Assembly (NCBI GenBank): GCA_963736275.1
Contig: CAVTOP010000017.1
Location: 7,551-71,550 of the forward strand
Length of the DNA: 64,000 nucleotides
DNA from: an uncultured Alphaproteobacteria bacterium
Lineage (GTDB): Bacteria; Pseudomonadota; Alphaproteobacteria; Rhizobiales; Xanthobacteraceae
Reading direction: 5' to 3'
The translations under genes and the position numbers were made by a program. Below the pieces are notes generated by a model. The model made no database searches and had not been told where the DNA came from. It saw nothing but the letters and a program-made list of their open reading frames with translations. Shown here in pieces: positions 27,786-37,085 of this stretch. Each line of letters starts with the position of its first letter. Position 1 is the stretch's first letter.

Positions 27786-28791
27786 CTAAGGAGACGGAAA
27801 GATCTGCTTCCAGTCGGCCTTCATGTCGACGACGGTCCAGTTGCGTTTGCTGGCCTCGTCGAGCGCCTTGTCGAGCTTGCCGATGTGCGATTTCCGGTCA
27901 TAGGCGTATTCACGCTCGACGTCGGTGTGATGGACGATGCCCATAAAACGGGCGCCCGTGCCACGCGGCCGTCCACTGCAGCATCTGCAGGTCGCCGTCC
28001 GAATTGCCGAAAGCAAAAATTGGATGACCCCCGATGAAGCGATTGATGCCCGACCGGCTTGCCCGGACCGTCATCGACAAACTCGACCTTCGGCAGCTTG
28101 AGCAGCGAAGCGCGTCCGTCGGGCTTGATCTCGAATTTTGTGACACCGGAAGAGCCGACGACCTGCTCCGGCGGAATGCCATAAACCTTCTCGGTCCACG
28201 GGCGCATGAACTCGATGCCGCCGCCGGACACGATGAAGGTCTTGAAGCCATTGGCACGAAGGTATCCCAGTAGCTCGAGCATCGGCTGGTAGATGAGTCT
28301 CGATATAAGGCCGCTTGAAGCGCGGATGGCGCGCGGTTGTCGTCCACTCGCAGCACGATTTTTGAGAAATGATCGACCGTCATGCCGGTGTGGGTCGCCG
28401 CTATGATCTCAAGCAGACCTTTTTCGCCGCTCGCCGCCAGGGCTTTGATGTCGTGGTCCAGCACGGCCTTGAACGGTTGCTTCGTTTTCCATTCCGGATG
28501 CTGCGGCGCCATCGCCTTGAGGCGGTCGAAAGCAAAGGCGACCTGGAAATAGACCGGCTGCTCGCATCACAGCGTGCCGTCATTATCGAACGTCGCGATG
28601 CGCTCCTCGGGCGGCACGAAGTCCGCAGAACCCTGCGTCGTCACGCGGGCGACGAAATCCGTGATGGTTTTCTTCGCCGCGCCGTCGTTCCAGGAGGGCA
28701 ACGGGTCGGACGTTTGCGCAAAGGCGCCGCCAGCGAGGGCAACCGCAAAGACTGCCGCAAAAATCGTGCGGCGACTGACCGGCAAAGTCAT
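27786..28791 (-). CDS. Exported HAD-family hydrolase (reading frame broken by an in-frame TGA and several indels)
   Basis: Signal peptide, DPLPSWNDG, IATFDNDGTL*xEQP, FIVSGGGIEFMR, FAFGNSDGD and WTVVDMKADWK, spread over four ORFs. Confidence 0.8.
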
Positions 28792-29127
28792 CGCAAGCGG
28801 GTCTTTGGCGGGGTTGCGGTCGAGGCAGAGGACTCCGAATTCTTTACGGGCTCGATCACTGCGCCTGAAATGATCGAGCACGAAGACGCGGATGGCAGAC
28901 GACAGATTGCTCGTTGTGCGGCTGTGATCGATCGTCGCCACCAGCGTCGAGATCGCCACGTGCTTGTCGTCGGCAATCTCGCGCAGCGCGTCCCAGAACT
29001 GATCTTCAAGCGAAATGCTCGACTTGTGCCCGTTGCGTATGACCGAACGCTTGATCACCGACGAGTTCTTGCGGCCTTGCGGCGGGTGAACGCGACCGGC
29101 GGTTTCAAAGGCCACGGCGTGATCCAT
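28788..29127 (-). CDS. Ribbon-helix-helix (RHH_4-like) protein, +1 frameshift near 28840
   Basis: KRSVIRNGHKSSISLEDQFWDALREIA...NLSSAIRVFVL. Removing one base from GAATTC at 28837-42 makes the stop overlap the HAD ATG (ATGA). Confidence 0.82.
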
Positions 29128-29204
29128 GACTGTCTCCGTTATTTCTGCGACTCCGGCGAATTTTCATATGGCGAGATTAAGCGCAGACATGCGCCGGGAT
29201 CGAG

Positions 29205-29220
29205 TTGGACCAAGGGGCAA
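29205..29220. promoter_or_regulatory. Degenerate TTGGAC box, site 3
   Basis: atcgag-TTGGAC-caag-GGGCAA, 78 bp upstream of the RHH/HAD genes. Confidence 0.5.
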
Positions 29221-29237
29221 GTCCGGGCGAGAGCCGG

Positions 29238-30119
29238 TCAGCGCTCTTTTCGCAATATCTGCCGGGCTTTTTCCAAATCGCGGTGCGCGGCCCCGGTCAC
29301 CTTGGGATATTTGAGCTCAAGCCTGCCCAGCGCCTCCACCACTTCGGCGGCGACGACGAGGCGCGTGAACCACTTGTTGTCGGCAGGCACGACGTGCCAG
29401 GGCGCTTCCGGCCGGCTGGTATGGCGGATCATGTCCTCGTAGGCGGCCATGTATTTGTCCCAGAGCTTTCGCTCCGCGACGTCACCCATCGCGAATTTCC
29501 AATTCTTCGCGGGCTCGTCGATGCGCTCGAGAAACCGCCGTTTCTGTTCCTCCTTCGACACGTGCAGAAAGAATTTCAGGATCAGCGTCCCGTTGCGCGC
29601 AAGGTAACGCTCGAAGGCCCGGATATCCTTGAAGCGCTCCTTCCAGATATCCTTCGTGACAAGCTTGGCGGGCATCTTCTCTTTCGCGAGAATCTCCGGG
29701 TGCACGCGCACCACCAGAACTTCTTCGTAATATGAGCGGTTGAAAATTCCGATCCGCCCGCGCTCGGGAAGACGGCGTGCGGTGCGCCACATGAAGTCGT
29801 GATCCAGGTCCTCCTGGCTTGGCTGCTTGAAGGAATGCACCTCGCAGCCTTGCGGATTTACGCCTTTCATCACGTGTTCGATCGCGCTGTCCTTTCCGGC
29901 CGCATCCATGGCCTGGAAGATCAGCAATATTGCCCACCGATCCTGCGCATAAAGCCGCTCCTGCAGCTCGGACAGCCGCTTGACGCCCTCCTCCAATAAG
30001 TCCTTGGCCTCCTTCTTTTCGATGTCGAGGCCCTTGGTATCGCCGGGGTCCCAATCCTTGATACGGAAATTGTCGGGATCATCGACGCGGTAGAGCTTGG
30101 CGAACTTCGTGAGGCTCAT
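29238..30119 (-). CDS. ppk2: Polyphosphate kinase 2 family (polyP:AMP phosphotransferase-like)
   Basis: FQAMDAAGKDSAI, HDFMWR, IGIFNRSYYEEVLVVRVH, KFFLHVSKEEQ and VPADNKW. Confidence 0.92.
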   Translation of the reverse strand: MSLTKFAKLYRVDDPDNFRIKDWDPGDTKGLDIEKKEAKDLLEEGVKRLSELQERLYAQDRWAILLIFQAMDAAGKDSAIEHVMKGVNPQGCEVHSFKQPSQEDLDHDFMWRTARRLPERGRIGIFNRSYYEEVLVVRVHPEILAKEKMPAKLVTKDIWKERFKDIRAFERYLARNGTLILKFFLHVSKEEQKRRFLERIDEPAKNWKFAMGDVAERKLWDKYMAAYEDMIRHTSRPEAPWHVVPADNKWFTRLVVAAEVVEALGRLELKYPKVTGAAHRDLEKARQILRKER

Positions 30120-30206
30120 GCAATGTCTCTTGGTCCAATCATCGGGCTACCGGGCACCAACCGAGCATGCCACAGCATATTTCTACGGGGCATCACGAAT
30201 AGCAAA

Positions 30207-30229
30207 CCGGCCGGCAAGCTGCCGGCCGG
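30207..30229 (-). terminator. Hairpin downstream of sulfatase
   Basis: ccggccggca-agc-tgccggccgg followed by ttt on the minus strand. Confidence 0.5.
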
Positions 30230-30249
30230 CGACTAGCCAAGGCTCGTGA

Positions 30250-32043
30250 TCAGCGAACGCCGCGCTGCTGCATCTGCTGCTGGATCATCCTGTTTAGCGC
30301 GCCACGAACCTGCTCGGGATCCAACCCTTCCTTCAGCATCTTTCTCGTCTTCATGTCGTCGAGCGTGCTTTCCAAGACGTTTGCGGGGTTGAAGCTCGGT
30401 GGGAACGAGCGTGGCGGGAAGTCCTTGAATGTGGCCACGAACCTGAAGACTTCATCCATCATCCCGTAGGCGCTTCCGACGTGGTTGATCTGCCAGTCCC
30501 AGAAGGTATTGGAGGTGATGTCGGCACGCTCGAACGGGTCCTGCATCAGATTGAAGATCTTCTGCAGACGGAGCGTCGTGAACGGTTCGGCCCACACGCC
30601 CATCGTGCCTTCCTTGCGCTGTTCGGAGAAGACGTACTTGTAGTCGCCCTGCCGTAGGGCCACGAGCAGGCCGTCGTCGTCGCAATAAAAGAATGTGTTA
30701 CGAGCACTTCTCGTCCCATTGTTGTTCGCCGCAGTGCCGTTCACGTTGCGCAGGAACTCCGACTGATCATATCCGTCGAGGTGCACTTTGTAGCTGATGC
30801 CATTGGCCGTGTAGCCGCTGCGCAGCTTGTTGACGATGTCGGGCTCGCCGGCAATAGCACAGAGCGTTGGTATCCAGTCGTTGTGGCTCATCAGCTCGTT
30901 GGTGACTGTCCCGGGCTTGAGCACCGCGGGCCAACGGACAAGGCACGGAACGCGGAAGGCGCCCTCCCAGTTGGTGTTTTTCTCGGAACGGAACCAGGTC
31001 ATGGCGCCGTCCGGCCAGGTGTTCATGTGAGGTCCGTTGTCGCTGCTGTAGATGACGACGGTGTCGTTCGCGACGCCCATGTCGTCGAGCGCCTTGAGCA
31101 GTGTCCCGACGGTATCGTCGTGCTCGAGCATGCCGTCGATGTACTCACTGTCGCCGTGCGTGTAGCGGCCACGATGCGAGGCACGGACGTGCGTCCGCAG
31201 GTGCATACGCGTTCCGTTGAACCAACAGAAGAACGGCTTGCCCGCCGTTTGCTGCCGCTTCATGAAGTCGATGGCTGCGGCCGAAGTTTCGTCGTCGATC
31301 GTCTCCATCCGCTTCTTGTTGAGCGGCCCGGTGTCCTCGATGGTCTGCTTGCCGATCTTGCCGAAGCGCGGATCGACTGTGGGATCATCCCGGTCGGTCG
31401 CCTTGCACTTGAGAACGCCGCGCGGTCCGAACTTGGCCTTGTAGGCCGGATCCTTCGGATAGTCCGGCAGCTCCGGCTCTTCCTCGGCGTTGAGATGGTA
31501 GAGGTTGCCGAAGAATTCATCGAAGCCGTTCACGGTCGGTAGCGATTCGTTGCGGTCGCCGACGTGGTTCTTGCCGAACTGACCGGTGGCGTAGCCGAGA
31601 TTCTTGAGCAGGCCGCCAACGGAGGGGTCGAGCTGGCTCATGCCCATCGGGGCGCCGGGGAAGCCCACTTTGGTCAACCCGGTGCGAATGCCGTGCTGGC
31701 CGGTCAGGAACGCGGCGCGGCCCGCGGTGCATGACTGCTCGCCGTAGTAGTGCTGCATCTTGATGCCTTCGCGGCCGATGCGATCGATGTTCGGCGTCTC
31801 GTACCCCATCAGGCCGTTTGAGTAGGCACTGATGTTCGCAATGCCAACGTCGTCCCCCCAGATGACGAGTATGTTCGGTTTACGCCCGGACGGTGCAGCT
31901 GCGGGTCGCTGCTGCTGCGCCTGTGCCGTTTGCACTGGGGCACTGGCGGCAAACGCCGAGGCGGCAGCCATCGTCGTGCCGGCGAGCAGAATATTGCGCC
32001 GGCTGACGTCGGTTGCGCTCTTTTCATCAATCTTCTTGGTCAT
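30250..32043 (-). CDS. Tat-exported arylsulfatase (Cys-type)
   Basis: SRRNILL Tat motif, PNILVIWGDD, SCTAGRAAF, GKNHVGD and SSDNG. Confidence 0.93.
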   Translation of the reverse strand: MTKKIDEKSATDVSRRNILLAGTTMAAASAFAASAPVQTAQAQQQRPAAAPSGRKPNILVIWGDDVGIANISAYSNGLMGYETPNIDRIGREGIKMQHYYGEQSCTAGRAAFLTGQHGIRTGLTKVGFPGAPMGMSQLDPSVGGLLKNLGYATGQFGKNHVGDRNESLPTVNGFDEFFGNLYHLNAEEEPELPDYPKDPAYKAKFGPRGVLKCKATDRDDPTVDPRFGKIGKQTIEDTGPLNKKRMETIDDETSAAAIDFMKRQQTAGKPFFCWFNGTRMHLRTHVRASHRGRYTHGDSEYIDGMLEHDDTVGTLLKALDDMGVANDTVVIYSSDNGPHMNTWPDGAMTWFRSEKNTNWEGAFRVPCLVRWPAVLKPGTVTNELMSHNDWIPTLCAIAGEPDIVNKLRSGYTANGISYKVHLDGYDQSEFLRNVNGTAANNNGTRSARNTFFYCDDDGLLVALRQGDYKYVFSEQRKEGTMGVWAEPFTTLRLQKIFNLMQDPFERADITSNTFWDWQINHVGSAYGMMDEVFRFVATFKDFPPRSFPPSFNPANVLESTLDDMKTRKMLKEGLDPEQVRGALNRMIQQQMQQRGVR

Positions 32044-32127
32044 TTCTTTCTCCTAAGAATAGCTTACCGACGTCTCCCGGATGCGGTCATGTGCCCGTCC
32101 TGTTCGTGTCGATCGCGAATGCTTGCC

Positions 32128-32433
32128 TCACCGCGCCGGCTGACCCGACATCATGTTCTTCACGAGGCCGACGATGAACGTAAGGATCGCGCCGGCAACG
32201 CCGCCGCCCACGGCCTGACCGAGCACCGCACCAATATCCAGACCGCCACCCGCGCCCGCAAGCATCGGGATAAGCGATGAAAGGACCGTGCCGCCAGCAA
32301 CACCGCCGATTGCACCCGAGATCGAGTTGCCGAGCGTGCCGAGGTCGTAGTTCTTGAGCGCGTTACCCGCCGCATTGCCGCCGATCGCGCCCGCGATGAG
32401 CTGAATGATGAGATTGATCAGTGTGCCTGACAT
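32128..32433 (-). CDS. Gly-rich small membrane protein
   Basis: MSGTLINLIIQLIAGAIGGN...GGGVAGAILTFIVGLVKN. Confidence 0.75.
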   Translation of the reverse strand: MSGTLINLIIQLIAGAIGGNAAGNALKNYDLGTLGNSISGAIGGVAGGTVLSSLIPMLAGAGGGLDIGAVLGQAVGGGVAGAILTFIVGLVKNMMSGQPAR

Positions 32434-32509
32434 GAGCGCCTCCGTTGCTGCCGCGTTTGAAGTGGGACGTCCCTCCTCGCTCACCCTGTGTAGAATTATT
32501 CGATCTGTT

Positions 32510-33518
32510 TCAAGATTCCGCGCGTGTCCGCACGACACACCGAAAGCCGACATGACTGGTTGATGTGTCGACCGGTTGCGCGTGGCGCGCGGCCGGACGG
32601 TAGCGGCGGCAATAGTTCGGCGCGCAGAGATGCGAGCCGCCCTTTAAAACTTTGCGCGGAATCCTGATGTTCGGCTGGCAGGAATTGTAACTCGCGCTCT
32701 CCGGACCGCCGCGTGGATTTTCCGGAATGCAGCACGCTTTCGGCGCGTCGGCCTGATGCTTGGCCGAGAACCAGTCGCTGGTCCATTCCCAGACATTGCC
32801 GATCATGTCGTGAACGCCATAGCCGTTCGGCGGGAACGCCGTCACCGGCGACGTGCGCCTGAACCCGGGCTTGCCGCTGGTGCGGAAAGTCGCCGTGCCA
32901 TGTGTTCGCCATCGCACGGTTGTTTGGCATGAACTCATCGCCCCATGCGAATTCCGTGTCCTCGAGACCACCGCGCGCCGCGAATTCCCACTCGGCTTCG
33001 GTCGGCAGATCCTTGCCTGCCCAGCGCGCGTACAGAAACGCATCCGAATAGGCGATGTGCACGACCGGATGCTCGTCGAGGCCCTTGATGTTGCTGTCGG
33101 GGCCGTAAGGATGTTGCCAGTTCGCGCCTTTGAGAAACGTCCACCACTGGCTCCAGTCGCGCAGATCGACCGGATGCTTCGGCGGCGTGAACACCAGCGA
33201 GCCCGCGAACAGCATGATCGGGCAGCGCGCCGGGATAATCCTTCGGATCGGGCGGAATTTCCGCGAACGTCACATGTCCGGTCGCCTTCGTACAAATTCC
33301 CGGAACTGCCGGTTGGTGACAGGCGTGCGGTCGATCCAGAAATCGCTGACAGTGACGCGGTGGACCGGTGCTTCCTCCGGATAGTGCTTGTCCGAGCCCA
33401 TGCGGAACGTACCGCCCGGAATCCGGATCATGTCGGTGGTATTGACGTCCTGCGTCTCAGCCAAATTGCCCGCAACCCGAAAGCGCGGCTTGGCGTCCGT
33501 CCACGCGTGCTCGCTCAT
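32510..33518 (-). CDS. Formylglycine-generating enzyme (SUMF1/EgtB-like), three apparent frameshifts
   Basis: FRMGSDKHYPEEAPVH, LPTEAEWEFAARGGL, DMIGNVWEWT and KGGSHLCAPNYCRRYRPAAR...SHVGFRC, split over ORFs. Confidence 0.9.
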
Positions 33519-33553
33519 ACGGTCATGCTACGCGGGGCAACGCTACAATCGAG

Positions 33554-33569
33554 TTGGACCGTGGTCCAA
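33554..33569. promoter_or_regulatory. TTGGAC-N4-GTCCAA palindrome, site 4
   Basis: atcgag-TTGGAC-cgtg-GTCCAA, 36 bp upstream of the FGE gene. Confidence 0.7.
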
Positions 33570-33708
33570 TGTTCCCCCGGGGAACCAAAACGCGCGAGGC
33601 GGCAGGGGGACGGGGAGGTGGGGGGATTGCCGCCTCGCGCATCATGAGGCCGACATCACAATGGATGTCTTAACGTGGGAGTTTCTGCCCAATAAACGAT
33701 CGTGTCGA

Positions 33709-33724
33709 TTGGACCGTGGTCCAA
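33709..33724. promoter_or_regulatory. TTGGAC-N4-GTCCAA palindrome, site 5
   Basis: gtcga-TTGGAC-cgtg-GTCCAA in the divergent FGE/kinase intergenic region. Confidence 0.7.
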
Positions 33725-33814
33725 TACCCGGCATGTATTTTTGTAAAATCGCCGCGGCCTCCCTTGGCCGAATGGTGGATGCTATAAATACCGCTCCCCG
33801 CCGAAGGACGGACG

Positions 33815-35878
33815 ATGGATCAAATTGCGTCTGACATTTCAGTGCGATCACTTCTCAAGCGCAGCGCACGTTTCGGCGGCACTAACACAATTCGCAAGGT
33901 CTTTATCGTTGCGATCGCGTACTACCTCGGCGCTGAAATTGCCTTTCTGATCGGCACGCTGTCGGACAGGATCTTTGCGCCATTCTGGCCGCCGAACATT
34001 GTTCTGTTTTGCGCGCTCCTGATCACGCCACCACGGCAGTGGTGGATTTACATCGCGGCCACCCTCCCCGCCCATACGATCGCCGAGATCGGCGTCGGCA
34101 TGCCGATGCCGCAATTGGTCGTGGCCTTCGTGACGAACTGTCTGGTTGCAATCGCCAATGCTTTTGCTGTGCAACGCCTGATGGTCGGGCCTCCCTGGTT
34201 TGGCACCATCGGCAAGACAATTATCTACGTTCTGATCACCGCATTTCTGAGCCCGGCCTTTTGCGCGCTCGGCGGCGCCTTCGTCCAGGTTCTCGGCAGC
34301 GGGTCTATGGACGATTACGGACTCTATTGGGCGCGCTGGTACGCATCCAATGCGCTCGGCAGCCTGACGCTCGGGCCCATCGCCATGATCTGCATGGAAC
34401 GCACAACGCGGCCGACTCTCGCGCCGACCGGACGCGCCGTGGAGGCCGCCATCATTGCGGCGTTGTTGATCGCGGCCTGCATCATTGCATTTGAAGACTT
34501 GCCGTCGATTGCGAGCGGCTATCTGCCGCTGCTTTTGTATCTCCCTCTGCCGATCATCGTCTGGGCTGCGGTGCGCTTCGGCGCCAAGGGTTCAAGTGGG
34601 GCAGTATTCGTGATCAGCGTCGCCCTGATATGGCGCACGCTCAACGGCCCAAGCCTGTTCGACATCGGCTCGCCCGAAGCAAACGTGTTTGGCATGCAGC
34701 TTTTTCTGATCGGCCTGTCGCCACCGATCCTGTTGCTTGGATCCGCTATCGAGGAAACGCGGCGCGCGGAACGAACGACGCGCGAGAGCGAGGAGCGGAT
34801 ATCATTCGCGGCAGCAGCCTCGAACGTGGGACTTTGGCAGTACGAATTTGCGACGGGCGTGTTCTGGGCGACGGATTACTGCCGGACACTGTTCGGCCTG
34901 TCTCCAGGCGAGCCCCCGAATCTTGATACGCTGGTGAGCCGGATTCATCCAAACGACTCGCCGACAGCGAGCGCGGCACTGGGAGCAGCCATATCTCGCG
35001 CGACACCACTGGACGTCGAGTTTCGCGTGCAGGACGGCGAGGAGATTCGGTGGATCTCGGTGCGAGCACGGCCGGTCCGCGGCGACGACGGTAAGCCGGC
35101 GGCGATGTCGGGCGCATTCGGCGATGTGACATCCCGCAAGTTGGCCGAAGCCGAAGCCGACGTGCAGCGCCAGGAAATCGCGCACCTGATGCGGGTGTCG
35201 ATGCTCGGCGAACTCTCCGGCGGACTGGCGCATGAGCTGACGCAGCCGTTAACCGCGATTCTTTCCAACGCGCAGGCCGGAAAGATGCTGCTCGCAAAGG
35301 GCAACAAAGCTCTGTCAGAAATCGGCAACATACTTGATGACATAATCGCGGAAGACGAGCGCGCCGGAGAAGTGATTTACCGGCTCCGCGGCATGCTGAA
35401 AAAGGGCGACGTCAGACACGAACCGATCGATATGAACGAACTCATTGCCTCGACCTTGCGGCTCCTGCACAGCGAGCTGATCGATCGCCGGATGTCCGTG
35501 AGTTTCGATAATGCCGCCAATCTGCCGGCAACGCATGGCGACCCCGTGCAATTGCAGCAAACATTGCTCAATCTTTTGGTGAACGCGATGGACGCGACGG
35601 AAAATGTCCCGCCAGCCCGACGCACCATTTCGATCAGCACCACAACGACCGACGATGGCGGGGTCGAGGTGCACATTTATGATCGTGGTAGCGGATTGCC
35701 TCCATCGCGGGAGCAGGAGGTTTTTCAGCCGTTTTTCACGACAAAGAAGCGAGGTCTCGGCCTCGGCCTGTCGATCTGCACGTCGATCGTAAAGCTGCAT
35801 GGCGGGACGCTTTCGCTTCAAAATAATGTGAGAGAAGGCGCGACCGCGATTTTTCGGCTTCCACCGCCGCTGGATTGA
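33815..35878 (+). CDS. MASE1-PAS sensor histidine kinase
   Basis: Multi-TM MASE1 (FWPPNIVL, SNALGSL), a PAS domain, H-box LAHELTQPL, N-box NLLVNAMDA, G1 DRGSG and G2 GLGLGLS. Confidence 0.94.
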   Translation: MDQIASDISVRSLLKRSARFGGTNTIRKVFIVAIAYYLGAEIAFLIGTLSDRIFAPFWPPNIVLFCALLITPPRQWWIYIAATLPAHTIAEIGVGMPMPQLVVAFVTNCLVAIANAFAVQRLMVGPPWFGTIGKTIIYVLITAFLSPAFCALGGAFVQVLGSGSMDDYGLYWARWYASNALGSLTLGPIAMICMERTTRPTLAPTGRAVEAAIIAALLIAACIIAFEDLPSIASGYLPLLLYLPLPIIVWAAVRFGAKGSSGAVFVISVALIWRTLNGPSLFDIGSPEANVFGMQLFLIGLSPPILLLGSAIEETRRAERTTRESEERISFAAAASNVGLWQYEFATGVFWATDYCRTLFGLSPGEPPNLDTLVSRIHPNDSPTASAALGAAISRATPLDVEFRVQDGEEIRWISVRARPVRGDDGKPAAMSGAFGDVTSRKLAEAEADVQRQEIAHLMRVSMLGELSGGLAHELTQPLTAILSNAQAGKMLLAKGNKALSEIGNILDDIIAEDERAGEVIYRLRGMLKKGDVRHEPIDMNELIASTLRLLHSELIDRRMSVSFDNAANLPATHGDPVQLQQTLLNLLVNAMDATENVPPARRTISISTTTTDDGGVEVHIYDRGSGLPPSREQEVFQPFFTTKKRGLGLGLSICTSIVKLHGGTLSLQNNVREGATAIFRLPPPLD

Positions 35879-35907
35879 GGTAACCTTTGCCGCCGTGAGG
35901 TGTGTGA

Positions 35908-36546
35908 GTGATGGGCGACGCGGGCTTCACTACCTATCTGGTCGACGACGATCCGGCCGTGCTTCGGTCGATTACGCGGCTTTTAAAAGCGGGCGGGTTC
36001 AAGACCAAATCCTTCTCGTCACCGCAGAAATTTCTTTCCGTTCATGATCCATCCGTTCCCGGCTGCGCGATTATCGACCTCGTGATGTCGGAGCTCGATG
36101 GTCTGCGCCTGCAGGAGGCCCTGGCCCGATCGGGCTCCCAACGGCCCATCATTTTTTTGACCGGGCGCGGTGACGTCTCCACCAGCGTCAGGGCGATGAA
36201 AGCCGGCGCCGTCGATTTTCTGACGAAACCTGTCAAGCGGGACGCACTCTTTTCGGCGGTCGTGCAGGCGGCTGAGCTCGATGCCGCGTCGCGACAAAAA
36301 CGGCAGGAAAGCAAATCGATCGACGAGAGGTTTGCCGCCCTTACCCGCCGCGAGCGCGAAGTCCTGGAGCATGTGATCGCCGGGCGGCTTAACAAGCAGA
36401 TCGCTGCAACCCTGGGTACTGTAGAAAAAACGATCAAGGTGCACCGCGGCCGCATGATGGCCAAGCTGGGGGTACGGAGCGTGGCCGAGCTGGTTCGCCT
36501 TGCGGACCGGGCCGGAATCGCGCCGGCGGGCAGTATCCCGCAGTAG
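35908..36546 (+). CDS. FixJ/NodW/StyR-like response regulator (REC-LuxR HTH)
   Basis: LVDDD, IIDLVM, DFLTKP and LTRREREVL...LNKQIA..LG..EKTIKVHRGRMMAKL. Confidence 0.94.
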   Translation: MMGDAGFTTYLVDDDPAVLRSITRLLKAGGFKTKSFSSPQKFLSVHDPSVPGCAIIDLVMSELDGLRLQEALARSGSQRPIIFLTGRGDVSTSVRAMKAGAVDFLTKPVKRDALFSAVVQAAELDAASRQKRQESKSIDERFAALTRREREVLEHVIAGRLNKQIAATLGTVEKTIKVHRGRMMAKLGVRSVAELVRLADRAGIAPAGSIPQ

Positions 36547-36598
36547 GCCCTTCGGGCAACTCGACGGGGCTAGCTGTTTCGCATGACAATACAGCGGT

Positions 36599-37025
36599 AT
36601 GTCAAAAGCCCCTATCCGGGTCGCGATTGTGGACGACGAGGCATCCGTGCGCACGGCGCTAGCGCGCCTGTTGTCCGCATCATCATTTGAGCCGACGACT
36701 TACGGCTCGGCCCGGGAATTCATCGATTTCAATCCGTACCGACATTCCCGAGTGCCTGATCGTCGATGTGCATATGCCGGAGTTCACGGGGCTCGATCTG
36801 CAGCGGTATCTCAATCGCATCAACAAGAGGATTCCCACAGTTGTCATTACGGCTTTCGACGATGCCGGCGTGCGCGAGCGGAGCACGGCGTCGGGTGCAA
36901 AGGCATTCCTCACCAAGCCGCTGCACGGCCCGACCCTCATCGATGCAATCCTGAACGCAACAGGGAGGACGTTGCCGGCTGCGTCGCCGGCGCGGGCGGC
37001 GAATTTGAGGAAAAGGAGATCTTAA
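36599..37025 (+). CDS. Single-domain response regulator (receiver), +1 frameshift near 36728
   Basis: IVDDE...; removing one T from GATTTC gives DSIRTDIPECLIVDVHMP...ITAFDD...FLTKP. Confidence 0.85.
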
Positions 37026-37085
37026 GCGTTCTTGCAACGGGCCGTTCGTGTAGATTTCGAGCGGAGCAAATAAGGGGGACTAACG

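Noticed and set aside
28567-28569. In-frame TGA in the HAD gene as selenocysteine or readthrough
   Set aside because: It falls at a position that is normally Trp (DNDGTLW), and the gene has several other single-base lesions, so an error or mutation is more likely.
28567-29127. Apparent RHH-HAD fusion protein
   Set aside because: It is produced by one extra base at GAATTC 28837-42. Correcting it gives a separate RHH gene ending in an ATGA overlap with the HAD gene, which has its own signal peptide.
33604-33625. G-quadruplex between TTGGAC sites 4 and 5
   Set aside because: One of the four runs is only GG, and G runs are expected at this GC content.
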